Positions 1 through 10,650 of a DNA stretch of 64,000 bases are shown here, one piece after another. Every line of letters starts with the position of its first letter. Within the stretch, counting starts at the first letter, position 1. The stretch is taken from the NCBI GenBank assembly GCA_963765765.1, contig CAVXYC010000030.1, forward strand, positions 128,001-192,000. Direction: 5' to 3'. The position numbers and the translations under genes are program-made. The notes beneath the pieces were generated by a model. That model saw only the letters and a list, made by a program, of their open reading frames with translations, did not search any database and was not told where the DNA came from. The DNA is from an uncultured Chloroflexia bacterium. GTDB taxonomy: Bacteria; Chloroflexota; UBA6077; JACCZL01.

Positions 1-1427
1 AAACCATCCAGGACATCATGCGCAAGGACGCCGGCACATACGGCGATGCGCAGCGCCTGGAACAGCTCGGCTGGATGTTCTTTCTGAAGATCTTCGACGA
101 CCGCGAGAAGGAGCTGGAACTTCTCCGCGACGACTACAGGTCGCCGCTAGCGGATCATCTGCGCTGGTCTGCGTGGGCAAGCGACGACGAAGGAATCACC
201 GGCGAGCGGTTACTCGACTTCGTCAACAACACGCTGCTCCCCAAGCTCAAGTCACTCGACCGGCGGCGGCGACAAGATCGCCGGCCTGATCCGCATGACC
301 TTCGAGGATGCCAACAATTACATGAAGAACGGCACCCTCATGCGGCAGGTCATCAACAAGATCAACGGCATCGACTTCAACGCCTCTGATGACCGCCACA
401 TGTTCGGCGACATCTACGAGAAGCTGCTCAAGGACCTGCAGTCCGCGGGTAACGCCGGCGAGTTCTACACGCCGCGCGCGGTGACGCAGTTCATCGTCGA
501 GCAGGTCAATCCTCAGCTCGGCGAAACGATCCTCGATCCCGCCTGCGGCACCGGCGGCTTCCTCGTCTGCGCCATCGAGCACCTGCGCAAGCAGGCAAAG
601 ACCGAGGTCGACGAGCGAACCATCCAGGAATGCTTCGCCGGCATCGAGAAGAAGCACCTGCCGCACGTGCTGTGCATGACCAATCTCCTTCTGCATGGCA
701 TCGACGTCCCGTCCAATGTCCGCCATGACAACACGCTGGCGCGCCCGCTGCGCGACTGGTCGCCCGAAGGAACGCGTGGACGTGATCGTCACCAACCCGC
801 CCTTTGGCGGCATGGAAGAGGACGGCATCGAGGCCAATTTTCCGGCCGAGTTCCGCACCGTGAGACCGCCGACCTTTTCCTCGTGCTGCTGATGAGGCTC
901 CTGAAGCCCGGCGGCCGCGCCGGCCTGGTGCTGCCCGACGGCACGCTCTTCGGCGAAGGCGTGAAGACGCGCATCAAGGAAGCGCTTCTCACCGAGTGCA
1001 ATCTGCACACGATTGTCCGCTTGCCCAACGGCGTGTTCAATCCCGTACACCGGCATTCGCACGAATCTGCTCTTCTTCACGAAGGGCGCAGCCGACCACG
1101 GAGGTCTGGTATTACGAGCATCCATATCCACCGGGCGCCAAGAGCTACAACAAGGGCAAGCCGATTCGCATCGAGGAGTTCGACGGCCGAGCGAGTCGTG
1201 GTGGGACAAACCGCGTGGAAAACGAGCAGGCCTGGCGCGTTCCGATCGACCAGATCAAGGCCGGCAACTATCAACCTCGACCTCAAGAACCCACACGACC
1301 TCCGACACCGGCCCTGGCGACGTGGACCATCTCCTGCCGGAATACGAAAAGCTTCTCGCCCAGATCGCCGAGACCCGCGCCGCGCTCGAAGCAGGAACTG
1401 CAGCGCCGCCCTGGCGAGCTCAGCTGA
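1..1427 (+). CDS. hsdM: Type I restriction-modification methyltransferase subunit M (5'-truncated by window edge, several apparent frameshifts)
   Basis: IQDIMRKDAG N-terminus, GEFYTPR, DPACGTGGF (SAM motif I), TNPPFGG (motif IV, in the shifted frame 695-892), LVLPDGTLFGEG, VWYYEHPYP spread over three frames. Confidence 0.93.
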
Positions 1428-1435
1428 ACCAGCCG

Positions 1436-2170
1436 ATGAGGCTGGAGACCTTCTTCGAGAAATTTGATCAATCGCGTAATGTTCCCAACGCCGTTGCGAA
1501 AATGCGGGAGCTCGTTCTCCGGAATGGCGACAAGAGGGCGAATCGTCAGAACAAGACCCAGCAGATCCGACGGTTCCGAGCTTGCTAGACGAAATATTTG
1601 AAATTAGAGACAACTTCATCGGACGGAGGGCCGCGACAAACCGCGTCGACGGTAGTCAAATCGAGCGGTGCACACCGATTACATACCAGATGAATTGGGC
1701 GATGGACGAATTTCGTTACAGTGTTGCGAACTTCAATACGGCTACAGGTATCCGCGGTGATGAGCTACTTCGACGGCTGGAGCATACCTGGCTGGGTCCG
1801 GGCGATATCAATCGTGGTGACAATTCCTCGACTGCCGATGGAGCGAAGAGCGAGATTGAGATACTTAGCATTGGAAGCTGGTGACTTACAGCTCAATAGG
1901 CCGGGGTACGAATCTCGTGTAAGGCGCATGTATGTAGGTCGCGCAACCCGTGAGTGAATTGCTCGTGACTGATCGCTGTTGTCGGTAGAGCGACGCTGAA
2001 CGAATACGTGCTCTGGGAACTCACTCGGGCGACTGGAAGTTGATAGAACTCAATGTGAGGGAAGCGTCGGAGGTTACATTAAGCTGTGGGAAGTAAGATA
2101 GTTGATAGCTGATTTCCCTGTGCCTTGCGAGCGGAAGCGGATCGTGGCGCAAGGTGCTGACGGCCAATCC
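1436..2170 (+). pseudogene. hsdS: Type I R-M specificity subunit S, one TRD only, heavily frameshifted and truncated
   Basis: ATG 9 nt after the hsdM stop; MRLETFFEKFD..PNAVAKMRELVL N-terminus typical of this HsdS family; 'FPVP..ERKRIVA' resembling the conserved PPLxEQxRIV repeat near 2115-2160; lower GC. Confidence 0.7.
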
Positions 2171-2214
2171 AACCGTCGCTGCACCCCGCGACATCCACGC
2201 GCCGGCCCGTCGCC

Positions 2215-2679
2215 CTACGAGTCAGGTATCTTGACGCCCATCGCGGTCGCAATCCGCTCGAAATCCTCTGCGCTGATTTCGAAGAGGCCACGGCGGAAGA
2301 TAAAGCCCCAGCGGCGCTTATCGATGATGAAGGGCAAGTCATCCAGAAGCGGGGCGATCGGGATTTCGGCGCAGGGCACGAATTCGAGGTTGCGGCGCCA
2401 CGGGCGGAAGTCCGGGGTCATCTCGGCCTGGTGGGGCTCGTCGTCGGTGATGCGGCCGAGGGCGGTGAAGGCCTGGAGGGGAGCGCCGTCGGGGTAGGTG
2501 GTTCTTGGTGAATAGAAGACCATGAGATCGCCGCGCTGGAGCTTGCGTAGGTTAGTTGAGCGCCCGTGGTTAGCCTGGGTGAAGCCGCGGATGACACGGG
2601 CCCGCTTGGGCGCGCCCTCCATGCCGCGCTGGACGTGGTCGCGGGAGACGGTGTTGATCCAGTAGCGCGGGCTCACCAC
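2215..2679 (-). CDS. EVE domain-containing protein (UPF0310-like)
   Basis: YWINTVSRDHV..GFTQANHG..L..GD.MVFYSP..AFTA.G..FRRGLFEI...DF motifs. Confidence 0.88.
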   Translation of the reverse strand: MVSPRYWINTVSRDHVQRGMEGAPKRARVIRGFTQANHGRSTNLRKLQRGDLMVFYSPRTTYPDGAPLQAFTALGRITDDEPHQAEMTPDFRPWRRNLEFVPCAEIPIAPLLDDLPFIIDKRRWGFIFRRGLFEISAEDFERIATAMGVKIPDS

Positions 2680-2690
2680 CGGAGCCGCGC

Positions 2691-3245
2691 CTACTCCCAG
2701 ACCTCGGCCAGATCGATGGCTAGCTCAGAGAACGGGGGCGCGGAGAACGGCTCATTCGGGCTCGATTCCCTGGTGGGCTCGTAGACGTCGCCGACCAGGG
2801 TGTGTGCCGTGATGGACCGCGGACTCGGATCGACAATCCAATAATGCTGGACGCCGTGTTCGGCGTAGACCTGCCGTTTGACGTTCAGATCGTTTACCGC
2901 CGTGGAGGGTGAGAGCACCTCGATCACCAGGTCGGGAGCGCCTTTGACGTTCGCGGGCTCGACGATGTGCAGTCGCTCGCGGGCGACAAACAGAATATCG
3001 GGCTGTACGATGTTGTGCGTGCTCAGGAGCACGTCACATGGGGCGACCAGGATTTTCCCTAACCCCTGCCGCCGCACATAGTCGGAGAGTAGTCGCGTCA
3101 GATTGGTAACAGCGTCCTGGTGGAATGTTGAGGGAGCAGGGGTCACCGAGAGCACGCCATTAAGGATCTCATATCGATTGCGATCACTCGGGATTGCAGC
3201 GTAGTCCTCATAGGTGAGGAGGACGCCATGTGGGTTCGTTGCCAT
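2691..3245 (-). CDS. Uma2 family (DUF820) PD-(D/E)XK endonuclease-like protein
   Basis: RYEILNG..PAP..HQ, VQPDILFV, GAPDLVIEVLSPST, YWIVDP motifs. Confidence 0.92.
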   Translation of the reverse strand: MATNPHGVLLTYEDYAAIPSDRNRYEILNGVLSVTPAPSTFHQDAVTNLTRLLSDYVRRQGLGKILVAPCDVLLSTHNIVQPDILFVARERLHIVEPANVKGAPDLVIEVLSPSTAVNDLNVKRQVYAEHGVQHYWIVDPSPRSITAHTLVGDVYEPTRESSPNEPFSAPPFSELAIDLAEVWE

Positions 3246-3305
3246 TGGAGCAGATCCTCGTGGACTGCCGTCCTGGTGAGATCATAGCAGCGCAATTGAT
3301 CGTTC

Positions 3306-3390
3306 GTAGTGCGGGATTCATCCCGCCGTCCTCTGGCGAATCACAGGATAAAACCATCGTGGCGGGACGGCGGAATGAATTCCGCGCTAC
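3306..3390. repeat. REP-like inverted-repeat element
   Basis: GTAGTGCGGGATTCATCCCGCCGTCC ... GGACGGCGGAATGAATTCCGCGCTAC: imperfect inverted pair, each arm an internal hairpin preceded by GTAG. Confidence 0.7.
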
Positions 3391-3402
3391 GGACGGCGGG
3401 GG

Positions 3403-4740
3403 CTACGATCCGGGGATGTTTCCGACGATCGCCGTATTCAGCTCGGGGTGCTCCACGAAGGCGCGGCGGAGGTGCTCGGTGGCGGCGACCCAGTCCGCGT
3501 CGCGTTTGAGGATGACGCCGCCGGCGCGGACGCCGAAGACGGCGGGATCGTCCACGCCGGGCGGAGTGGCGCCGTGCTCTCGCAGGTCACGCGCAGCCTG
3601 GAGGAGTCGGCGGCGCGTGCGGATGATCATGCCATCGCTAGTACCCAGGTGCTCGCGGGTTCGGTCGTAGATCGCTCCCATGCTCTCGGTCACGGCCTGG
3701 TCCTGCAGATGAATACCGCCGATGCCGGTGTAGCTCTGGCCTGAGCGTTGCGCGGCGCGGTCGATCAGGTAGTCGTTGCGCTTGTTCGCTTCCAGGCGGA
3801 AGCGGCCGTGCGGATCGGACGTGTTGGGCAGGAGCTTCGCGGGTGAGAGTAAGGGGTTTGCCGCGACCGGGGCGGAAGCGGCGGTGCTGCCGACTGTCCC
3901 CAGTTTTGGGGTCAGCATGAAGAACATGGTGTGCTCGTCGTCAATGGGCACCCAGGCGCGCGCAACGATCTTCACACCCAGCACGTTGGTGGGCGGCATG
4001 GTCCAGAAGGGGAACAGGAAGTGGGCGATCCGCCAGTAGTACGTGTCTTCCGTGGCCGGCCGATACGCGCCGTACATCGTGCCATAGTCCGTCTCCACAA
4101 CGGCGTACTTAGGCGCTCGATGAGCGATCCCATAGTATGAGAACGTGTCCGGGGTCGCTTCCGCCGGGTCGTAGCTGCCCTGATGGAGGAAGCCCAGGTG
4201 GCTGGTATCGATATCGCCCTCGAACGCCTGGACGAAGTTGCACTCGCGCATGCCGGCCCACACCGAGTAGGTGCCTTCGGGCAGCATGTTGCCTTCCATA
4301 TCCGGCAGCGGCGGTGGGGTCTGGCGCGGACCCATATAGGTCCAAACGAGCCCATTGCGCTCGGTGCAGGGATATGCCGTGACCTTCACCTTGTGCTTGA
4401 AGTTGGACTCCGGCGGCTCATTAGGCATGTCTACACAGGTGCCGCTGGCGTTGAACTTCCAGCCGTGATAGACGCAACGCAGGCCTTCTTCCTCGTTGCG
4501 GCCGAAGAATAGCGAAGCACCGCGGTGCGGGCAGTTCTCGGCCACCAGGCCAACGGCTCCGCTGGTATCGCGGAATGCCACGAGGTCCTCACCGAGCAGG
4601 CGCAGACGCACGGGCGCCGAGTCTGGCTCCGGAAGCTCGCTGGCCAGCAGCGCTGGAATCCAGTACTGACGGATCAGATCGCCCATCAACGTGCCCGGGC
4701 CTACACTGCATAGGGCCTGATTGTCGGCGTGGCTCAGCAT
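3403..4740 (-). CDS. Rieske non-heme iron oxygenase alpha subunit (phthalate 4,5-dioxygenase/LigXa-like)
   Basis: CPHRG...CVYHGWKF Rieske motif; EGDIDTSHLGFLH and QD mononuclear Fe ligands; REHLGTSD C-terminal motif. Confidence 0.93.
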   Translation of the reverse strand: MLSHADNQALCSVGPGTLMGDLIRQYWIPALLASELPEPDSAPVRLRLLGEDLVAFRDTSGAVGLVAENCPHRGASLFFGRNEEEGLRCVYHGWKFNASGTCVDMPNEPPESNFKHKVKVTAYPCTERNGLVWTYMGPRQTPPPLPDMEGNMLPEGTYSVWAGMRECNFVQAFEGDIDTSHLGFLHQGSYDPAEATPDTFSYYGIAHRAPKYAVVETDYGTMYGAYRPATEDTYYWRIAHFLFPFWTMPPTNVLGVKIVARAWVPIDDEHTMFFMLTPKLGTVGSTAASAPVAANPLLSPAKLLPNTSDPHGRFRLEANKRNDYLIDRAAQRSGQSYTGIGGIHLQDQAVTESMGAIYDRTREHLGTSDGMIIRTRRRLLQAARDLREHGATPPGVDDPAVFGVRAGGVILKRDADWVAATEHLRRAFVEHPELNTAIVGNIPGS

Positions 4741-5133
4741 GGCGCCTCCTTCACTGTTGTGCTCTCCTTCATTGAAGGCAGAAGTGGGTCAGCGTGTCAA
4801 TCTTTGACCGCTTGGGGCAAAAGTTCGGAGTTGTAGGGACAATCCACCGGGCTACGACGATCATCGCCTGGCTCTCCCCCTACCTCTAAGCGGGTAGGGG
4901 TTGGGGACTGGCGAACAGCAAGGCCCGGTGCGGGATTGGTCGGACGAGTCAATTACAGCGGCAGCCGATGTACGCGAGATCCCCTCGTTCCTCGGAATAA
5001 CGATGGCTGGGCACGTATCCGCTGCTGGTTCAAAGCGTCCCGAAACACGCGAGCGTATGGTGCCCGGGATGACACGGTCACTTGTGGGGGTTTAGTTTTC
5101 GCGCGTCCACCTCGGTAGGCAGGCAGGTCTTGA

Positions 5134-6478
5134 TTAGTTGGGCGTTTGATGACCGGCGGCGCCTGATCCGCTGACGTTTCGGAAGGAGCCGGCGCCCAGA
5201 AGAACCAGCAGGGCGGCCATGGCGCCAATGGTGGCGGGTGCGCCGGCGAGGGAGGTGCCGAAGCCGGCGATCATCGAGCCGAAGGGCACCATCCCGCGAT
5301 TGAGGAACATCGTGCTGAGGATGCGCCCGCGATAGGCATCGTCCACAGACTCCTGGATCAACGTATTGTTGAGCGACATGTAGACCTGCTGCGCGAGCCC
5401 GGCCGCTACCAGGGCCACCGCGGAGAGCCAGAGCAACTGCGAGAACGCAAACAGGATGAGCGATGCGCCGAAGCCAATGAGCGCGATCATCATGACTCGG
5501 CGCCGCTGTCGTAGCGCACCACCGGCGACGATGAGCGCACCACCCAGAGCGCCGAATCCAGTGGCCGCGGTGAGGATGCTCAGACCCGTGCCACCCGCGC
5601 CCAGAATATCTTGCGCAAAGACCGAAAGCATCGTCATGTACGGCATGCCCAGGACCATGGGAACCAGAGCAAAGAGCACGAGCGTTCGCAGACGCCGCTC
5701 GCCCATGAGGTAGCGTAAGCCGTCCACTAGATCGCCGACCATGCCCTTACGTGCGCGAGCTTTTGTCGGAGGGATATCCATCATCATCAGGCTCACAAGC
5801 ACAGCCAGAAAGCTGAACCCGTTCGCGTAGAACGCTCCAGCGATCCCGACGGTGGCGATCAGGATTCCGCCTATTGTGGGTCCCAGAATCCGCGTGAAAT
5901 TGAGTGTGGCCGAGTTGAGCGCAATGGCGTTGGTCAGGCTTGATCGAGGGACGAGCTCTGAGATGAGCGACTGCCGCGCCGGCTGGTTGAATGACATCAT
6001 CGTGCCGCGGCCCACTGCGATCACCAGTACCATCCAGAACTGGACAAGCCCGGTGGAGACGAGAATGGCGAGGATGAATGCCAACACCATGGCAATCGCC
6101 TGTGTGCTGAAGAGGAGTCGCCTTCTGGGCCATCGGTCGGCCACCACGCCGCCGATGAGCGTGAACAGCAGGATCGGCACGAAGCGGCATAAGTTCAATA
6201 TGCCCAGCGCCACGGCAGACCCGTGAGCTGATAGACCAGCCAGTTGAGCGCCATCTGGTCCATCCAGTCGCCCGTTTGAGAGACCAGCGTGCCTGACCAA
6301 AGCAAGCGATAGTTGGGATAGTGAAGCGATGAAAAGACGCTGCTGAGCGACCGGGTCGGGGCGCTCGGATACTGCTTGGCTCAGATTCGATTGCTTCAGG
6401 CGCCAGCGTCGTGGCCCGCACCTCGATTTCTGGAGTAGTAGCGTCTGCCTCCGGGGCGACTGATTGTGTTGATGCCAT
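5134..6478 (-). CDS. MFS transporter (EntS/DUF894-like), frameshifted near 6230-6300
   Basis: GGVVADRWPRRR MFS motif A, about 12 hydrophobic segments; the N-terminus is in another frame (MASTQSVAPE). Confidence 0.85.
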
Positions 6479-6591
6479 ACGCAACAAACATTGTCTCACC
6501 CCCGAAGCATCTAGCTCTAAAGATCAGAAACGGGTCATATGAAGATTGTCTTAAAGTTGGTCGGGCGGCGGCCAATGCACGCGATTGTGAC

Positions 6592-6724
6592 TTGGGGAGG
6601 CCCCTACCCCAGCCCTCCCCGTGCGCGGGGAGGGAGCCAGATTCCCACCAGATTCTCCGGCCACCGAACCATTCTGCGCGCAGACTCTCCGGCTCCCCGC
6701 GGGTGGGAGGGCAGGGATAGGTCC
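6592..6724. repeat. REP-like element, CCCTACCCCAGCCCTCCCC family (copy 1)
   Basis: GGGGAGG.CCCTACCCCAGCCCTCCCCGTGCGCGGGGAGGG is near-identical to the reverse complement of 44125-44170. Confidence 0.8.
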
Positions 6725-6734
6725 TTCGGAAAGC

Positions 6735-7407
6735 CTACTCTTCGCGCAGCTCGAACATGGGCTGAGCGGAGATCGCGGCCCAGATGATCTCGTGCTCCGC
6801 CGGCGTGACGATTGATTTGAAGTAGCTGCATGTGGCCAAATCACGTGCGGTGGCCAGGCCCTTCGCTCCTCGGAGATCGGTTTTGTAGAAATTTACGTTG
6901 GTCAGTGTTGCGCCGGTAAATTCGACATTGCGGAACGTCGCTCGGGGAAGCTGCGCGCCCGTTAGATCCACTCTCTGGAGTACCGCGTCGGTGGCATTGC
7001 ACTCGTACATATCGGCTCCGCGCATCAGGGCGTTCCTAAAGCTCGCCCCACCCAGCTTCGCCACCACGAACGTTGCCCCGCTGAGATTCGCCTGCTGCAG
7101 GTTGGCGCCCTGAAGGTCCGCTCCTCGCAGGCTGGCCTGACGGAAATCTGCGCCGCTCAGGTCCATCGCCGGCCATTTTGGTGCGCTCCCAGAAGAGGCC
7201 AACCGCCCGGACGCCGCGCCAATCGGCGCGCTCGAAGTTGAGCGGATTGGCCCGGAGGTCCTGTTCCTGAAGATAGGCGATCATCTCTGAGTAACCTCTG
7301 GCCTCGTCCAGGTTGACAGCGACCAGTCGCGTCTCGCTGAAGTCGCGCTCGCCGTCCAGGATACGCCGTACCAGCTGGTCGGCGGCAATCTCAGTCTTTG
7401 CGGCCAT
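6735..7407 (-). CDS. Pentapeptide repeat protein (one frameshift near 7170)
   Basis: GERDFS N-terminus followed by A(D/N)LxG pentapeptide repeats. Confidence 0.88.
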
Positions 7408-7472
7408 CTCTCATCTCCACTGCGTGCGGTGGTGTTATAGCGCCAGGATCGTGATTGGCCGAGATTTCTCGC

Positions 7473-8240
7473 TTACGAGGCTTTTGCAATCGCCTCGCGC
7501 AGCATGTTCTCGATACCGTCTCGCACCGCGGCTGCATGCTCATGCTCGGATGCGGACGGGTCAGCAGTTCCACCAAGCACGGCGCTGGCTTTTTCCGTGG
7601 CTGGCAGCACAAAAGTCGGGGCGTTTGCATCGTGGTGCGTCACCACTCCCGGCAGGGCGAAGGAAGCCACGGCCGTGCCCGCGGCGAGCACTCTGACCTG
7701 GTGATCGTCACGCTCAACGTCAATGGGCGAATCCGTTGAGCTCAGGAGCTCGCTAAGAATAGTGTCCATCCAGGGCCTGGTCCGGCGTTCGGCTTTGAGC
7801 TCGGTGCCGCCGCTGAGCTTCGGCAGCGATGGAGGCTCCCCAGCCCCGAAGAATCCCCAGATCAGTCCGTCGTGCTCCGCTACCGAGTAGGCGATGGTGT
7901 CGATGCCGAATCCGTCCGGGTGCATCGGAGTCTCGAGACAGACCCCATTCACGTCGAATTTCCAGCCGTGGTAATTGCAGCGAATCCCATCGTTATCAAT
8001 GGAGGAGAAAAACATGTCGCCGCGCGCATGCGGACACAGGCCGTAAATCAGACCGAGCCGACCTTCGCCGTCTCGAAAGGCCACGAGCCGCTCATCCAGA
8101 AGCTGGGCGCGGACCGGTCGCTCGGCACCCTCAGGCAGGTCGGCGGCTGGGCAGATCGGAAGCCAGAATTGCCGCAAGAAGTCGCCCAACTGTGAGCCGG
8201 GCGCCACGGCGCGGAGGTCAATGGAGTCAGGGGCGGTCAG
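7473..8240 (-). CDS. Rieske [2Fe-2S] domain protein with a short, divergent C-terminus
   Basis: CPHARG...CNYHGWKF; no D-x2-H-x4-H iron motif. Start placed 7 nt after an AAGGA SD at a CTG codon (or a miscalled ATG). Confidence 0.8.
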   Translation of the reverse strand: MTAPDSIDLRAVAPGSQLGDFLRQFWLPICPAADLPEGAERPVRAQLLDERLVAFRDGEGRLGLIYGLCPHARGDMFFSSIDNDGIRCNYHGWKFDVNGVCLETPMHPDGFGIDTIAYSVAEHDGLIWGFFGAGEPPSLPKLSGGTELKAERRTRPWMDTILSELLSSTDSPIDVERDDHQVRVLAAGTAVASFALPGVVTHHDANAPTFVLPATEKASAVLGGTADPSASEHEHAAAVRDGIENMLREAIAKAS

Positions 8241-8270
8241 TGGGGTGTCCTTGCCAGTTGAAAAAATCAC

Positions 8271-8356
8271 TGTCATCCGAGCGACGAGCGAAGAATCTTC
8301 CCAACGGCGCACAGATACCGGCGGGAGAGATCCTTCGCTCGTCGCTCAGGATGACA
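8271..8356. repeat. Palindromic repeat of the GTCATCC.GAGCG..GCGAAG type
   Basis: TGTCATCCGAGCGACGAGCGAAGAATCT ... AGATCCTTCGCTCGTCGCTCAGGATGACA inverted arms. Confidence 0.8.
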
Positions 8357-8404
8357 ATGCCCGGTGGCAGGCTAGCCCGACACCGGGCACCAGGCGAATA
8401 CCTA

Positions 8405-9547
8405 TTAGTTGATGCCCAGCAGCCGCTGGATGTTGCCGCCGAGGATGTTGTCCTTGTCCTGCTGGGACAGGCCTTCCATCTCTTCCAGGCCGGCGGCGGT
8501 GTTGGGGTAGGTCGAGGGCGGGTGCGGATAGTCGCTGCCCAGAACGAAATTCTCGCTGCCAATCGAGGAGATCGCTGCCGCGAGAGGGCCCTCGTCCGGC
8601 TCGGCGGCCACAAAGCATGAGCGACGAATCAGATCGCTCGGCTTCTCGGTGCAGCGCGCGCACTGCGGCTCCACGCCGTAGACGCGGTCGAGTGTGTACA
8701 TCGCCCACGGTAGCCATGAGCCGCCGGCCTCGAAGAAGACGAACTTGAGGTTCGGGAACTCTTCCAAGGACGCCACCGAGGTCAGGCTGGCCATGCCAAC
8801 CATGTACTCAAAGGCGAATCCCAGATAGTTGCTGATGTGCAAACGGCGCATCCGCTCCCAGCCCAACGTGTAGGTGGAGGGCAGATGGTCGCGCACCGAG
8901 CAGTTGAACGGGTTGTGATGCACGTAGAGCACGGCGCCAAGGTCGTGCACCGTTTTCCAGAAGGGGTACAGCTCGATCTCGTCGTAGTTGCGACCCTGCC
9001 AGTTGCCGTTGATGCAGATGATCTTAAGGCCCAGCTCCTGGACAGCGTAGCGAGCCTCATCACAGGACTCCTCGACATCGCGGAAGGGAACGACCGCTGT
9101 GCCTATGAACTGCTCAGGGAACTCTTTCTGCGCCTTGGATGTGGCCACGTTGAACGCGCGGCAGAGTGCGTGGGTCATGCCCGGCTCCGCCTGTCGGGCC
9201 AGCGGCGATCCGAATGGGTTGGCGTAGATTCCGTCCGGAATCAGCACCTGCATATCGAAGCCGGTCTCGGGGAGCAGCTTGGCACGATCAGCCACAACGC
9301 CGTGCCCGACGGGGCCACCACGAGCCGCGGCAGGAGCGCTACCGGCCAGTCGCTGCCCGGCCGCGGTGGCTCGGAAGCCAGCGTTGCGCGCATTTGGATT
9401 GGTAAATACTGATACATCGCGCTCAACCATCTGCAGCGCTTCTGGACTGAGATACGGGAGCGCGGTGCCGAGATCGATGAAATCGGCTGGCGGAAAGAAA
9501 TGACTATCCGCGTCGATCTTACGCAGCTTGGGTACTGCCTGAACCAT
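8405..9547 (-). CDS. Amidohydrolase family protein (Amidohydro_2, LigW/ACMSD-like)
   Basis: IDADSH, LYVHH, FFEAGGSWLP, GSDYPH motifs. Confidence 0.9.
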   Translation of the reverse strand: MVQAVPKLRKIDADSHFFPPADFIDLGTALPYLSPEALQMVERDVSVFTNPNARNAGFRATAAGQRLAGSAPAAARGGPVGHGVVADRAKLLPETGFDMQVLIPDGIYANPFGSPLARQAEPGMTHALCRAFNVATSKAQKEFPEQFIGTAVVPFRDVEESCDEARYAVQELGLKIICINGNWQGRNYDEIELYPFWKTVHDLGAVLYVHHNPFNCSVRDHLPSTYTLGWERMRRLHISNYLGFAFEYMVGMASLTSVASLEEFPNLKFVFFEAGGSWLPWAMYTLDRVYGVEPQCARCTEKPSDLIRRSCFVAAEPDEGPLAAAISSIGSENFVLGSDYPHPPSTYPNTAAGLEEMEGLSQQDKDNILGGNIQRLLGIN

Positions 9548-9654
9548 TCAGAGGCCTCCTTCTACGTTGAACAGAGCAAACACATGACCGCGGTGCCATG
9601 ACACCAGTGTCGATGCAGTGATCATACCGGCATGCGGTCGAGACTCGAAAACTG

Positions 9655-9692
9655 GACGGGTGGGACAAGGATCTCTTCCTGTCCCACCCGTC
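9655..9692 (-). terminator. Probable intrinsic terminator
   Basis: GACGGGTGGGACA stem just after the stop of 9696-10334, followed by CAGTTTT on the minus strand. Confidence 0.55.
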
Positions 9693-9695
9693 TGA

Positions 9696-10334
9696 TTACT
9701 CGGTCTTGTCGCAGTCGATATTGACGTAACCCGATCGGAACGGCTCGACCTTGTTCTCATCTGGATAGAACCGATGGCGCCAGATGCAGCCCTGGTCATT
9801 TCCCAGAAGATGGAGGGAGACGGATGTGACGTCTGACGTGGTCGTGACGTTGTGGATATCGTTCTCTGGCATGAGCTCGTAGAAATCGCCAGGCGTCAGG
9901 GAGTTCCGCTCGGTGATCACGAGATTGGCAACGTCATCGTGGCTGCCATCGTCTCGGCGTTGAAAAACCACTTCATCCTGCAGGCCACGGTAGAGTCCAA
10001 CGAGACCCCAGGCAAGGTGGTCGTGCACCGGGGTGGACTTGCCAGGATGTAGCACCAGGGACGAAAACGCGAGCCCCCCGTCGCCAGCCCGGTAGAGTAG
10101 CCACATTCCCGTGCCAGCGCCCATGCCACTATCCGCACTCGGCTCCTGATACATCTCAGGAAGCCAATCTTGATCCGCCATCAGCTCCGCGAAGTATGGT
10201 CGGATCGCATCTACGGTGGCGTGCGGGTCCATCCCCTGGAACCGAATCTCGTTCACTGCGTCGATAAATCGGCGGACGGTCGAGTTGTCGAGGATAAATT
10301 GATCCTCGTGACTCTTGGTATGGATCGTTACCAT
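9696..10334 (-). CDS. Cysteine dioxygenase/3-mercaptopropionate dioxygenase-like cupin
   Basis: TPVHDHLAWGL, DIHNV, SLHLLG thiol-dioxygenase motifs. Confidence 0.85.
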   Translation of the reverse strand: MVTIHTKSHEDQFILDNSTVRRFIDAVNEIRFQGMDPHATVDAIRPYFAELMADQDWLPEMYQEPSADSGMGAGTGMWLLYRAGDGGLAFSSLVLHPGKSTPVHDHLAWGLVGLYRGLQDEVVFQRRDDGSHDDVANLVITERNSLTPGDFYELMPENDIHNVTTTSDVTSVSLHLLGNDQGCIWRHRFYPDENKVEPFRSGYVNIDCDKTE

Positions 10335-10650
10335 GGGCAGCCTCTCATCAAGGGTTGCGCAGGTCATGACTTGAACAATTCTCGGGGCAATCGAGCTCAC
10401 CAGTCACAGCTCGCGTCGCGGATGTGCCTATAACACTGAGGGCTTCTGGCTCTAGTTCACTATACTGAATGACACGAGCCGTTCTCCCGAGTGCGCTCAA
10501 GGCTTGTGTCATCAACTCCCAACCGCCCGGTCGTTGCACATCCGCGGCTCTCGGCTTTCGCGGAAACCGGTGTCGTGATTCTGACTCGCTAGACTGAGAA
10601 CCTGATTATTACCGTCCAACGCTGTTCAAGAGCTTCCTGGAGCGGCGTGC

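Noticed and set aside
6900-7170. 15-nt periodicity suggesting a tandem repeat array
   Set aside because: Explained by the pentapeptide-repeat coding sequence
8241-8312. N-terminal extension of the 7473-8312 ORF
   Set aside because: It reads through the palindromic repeat at 8271-8356; an SD-supported start lies at about 8240
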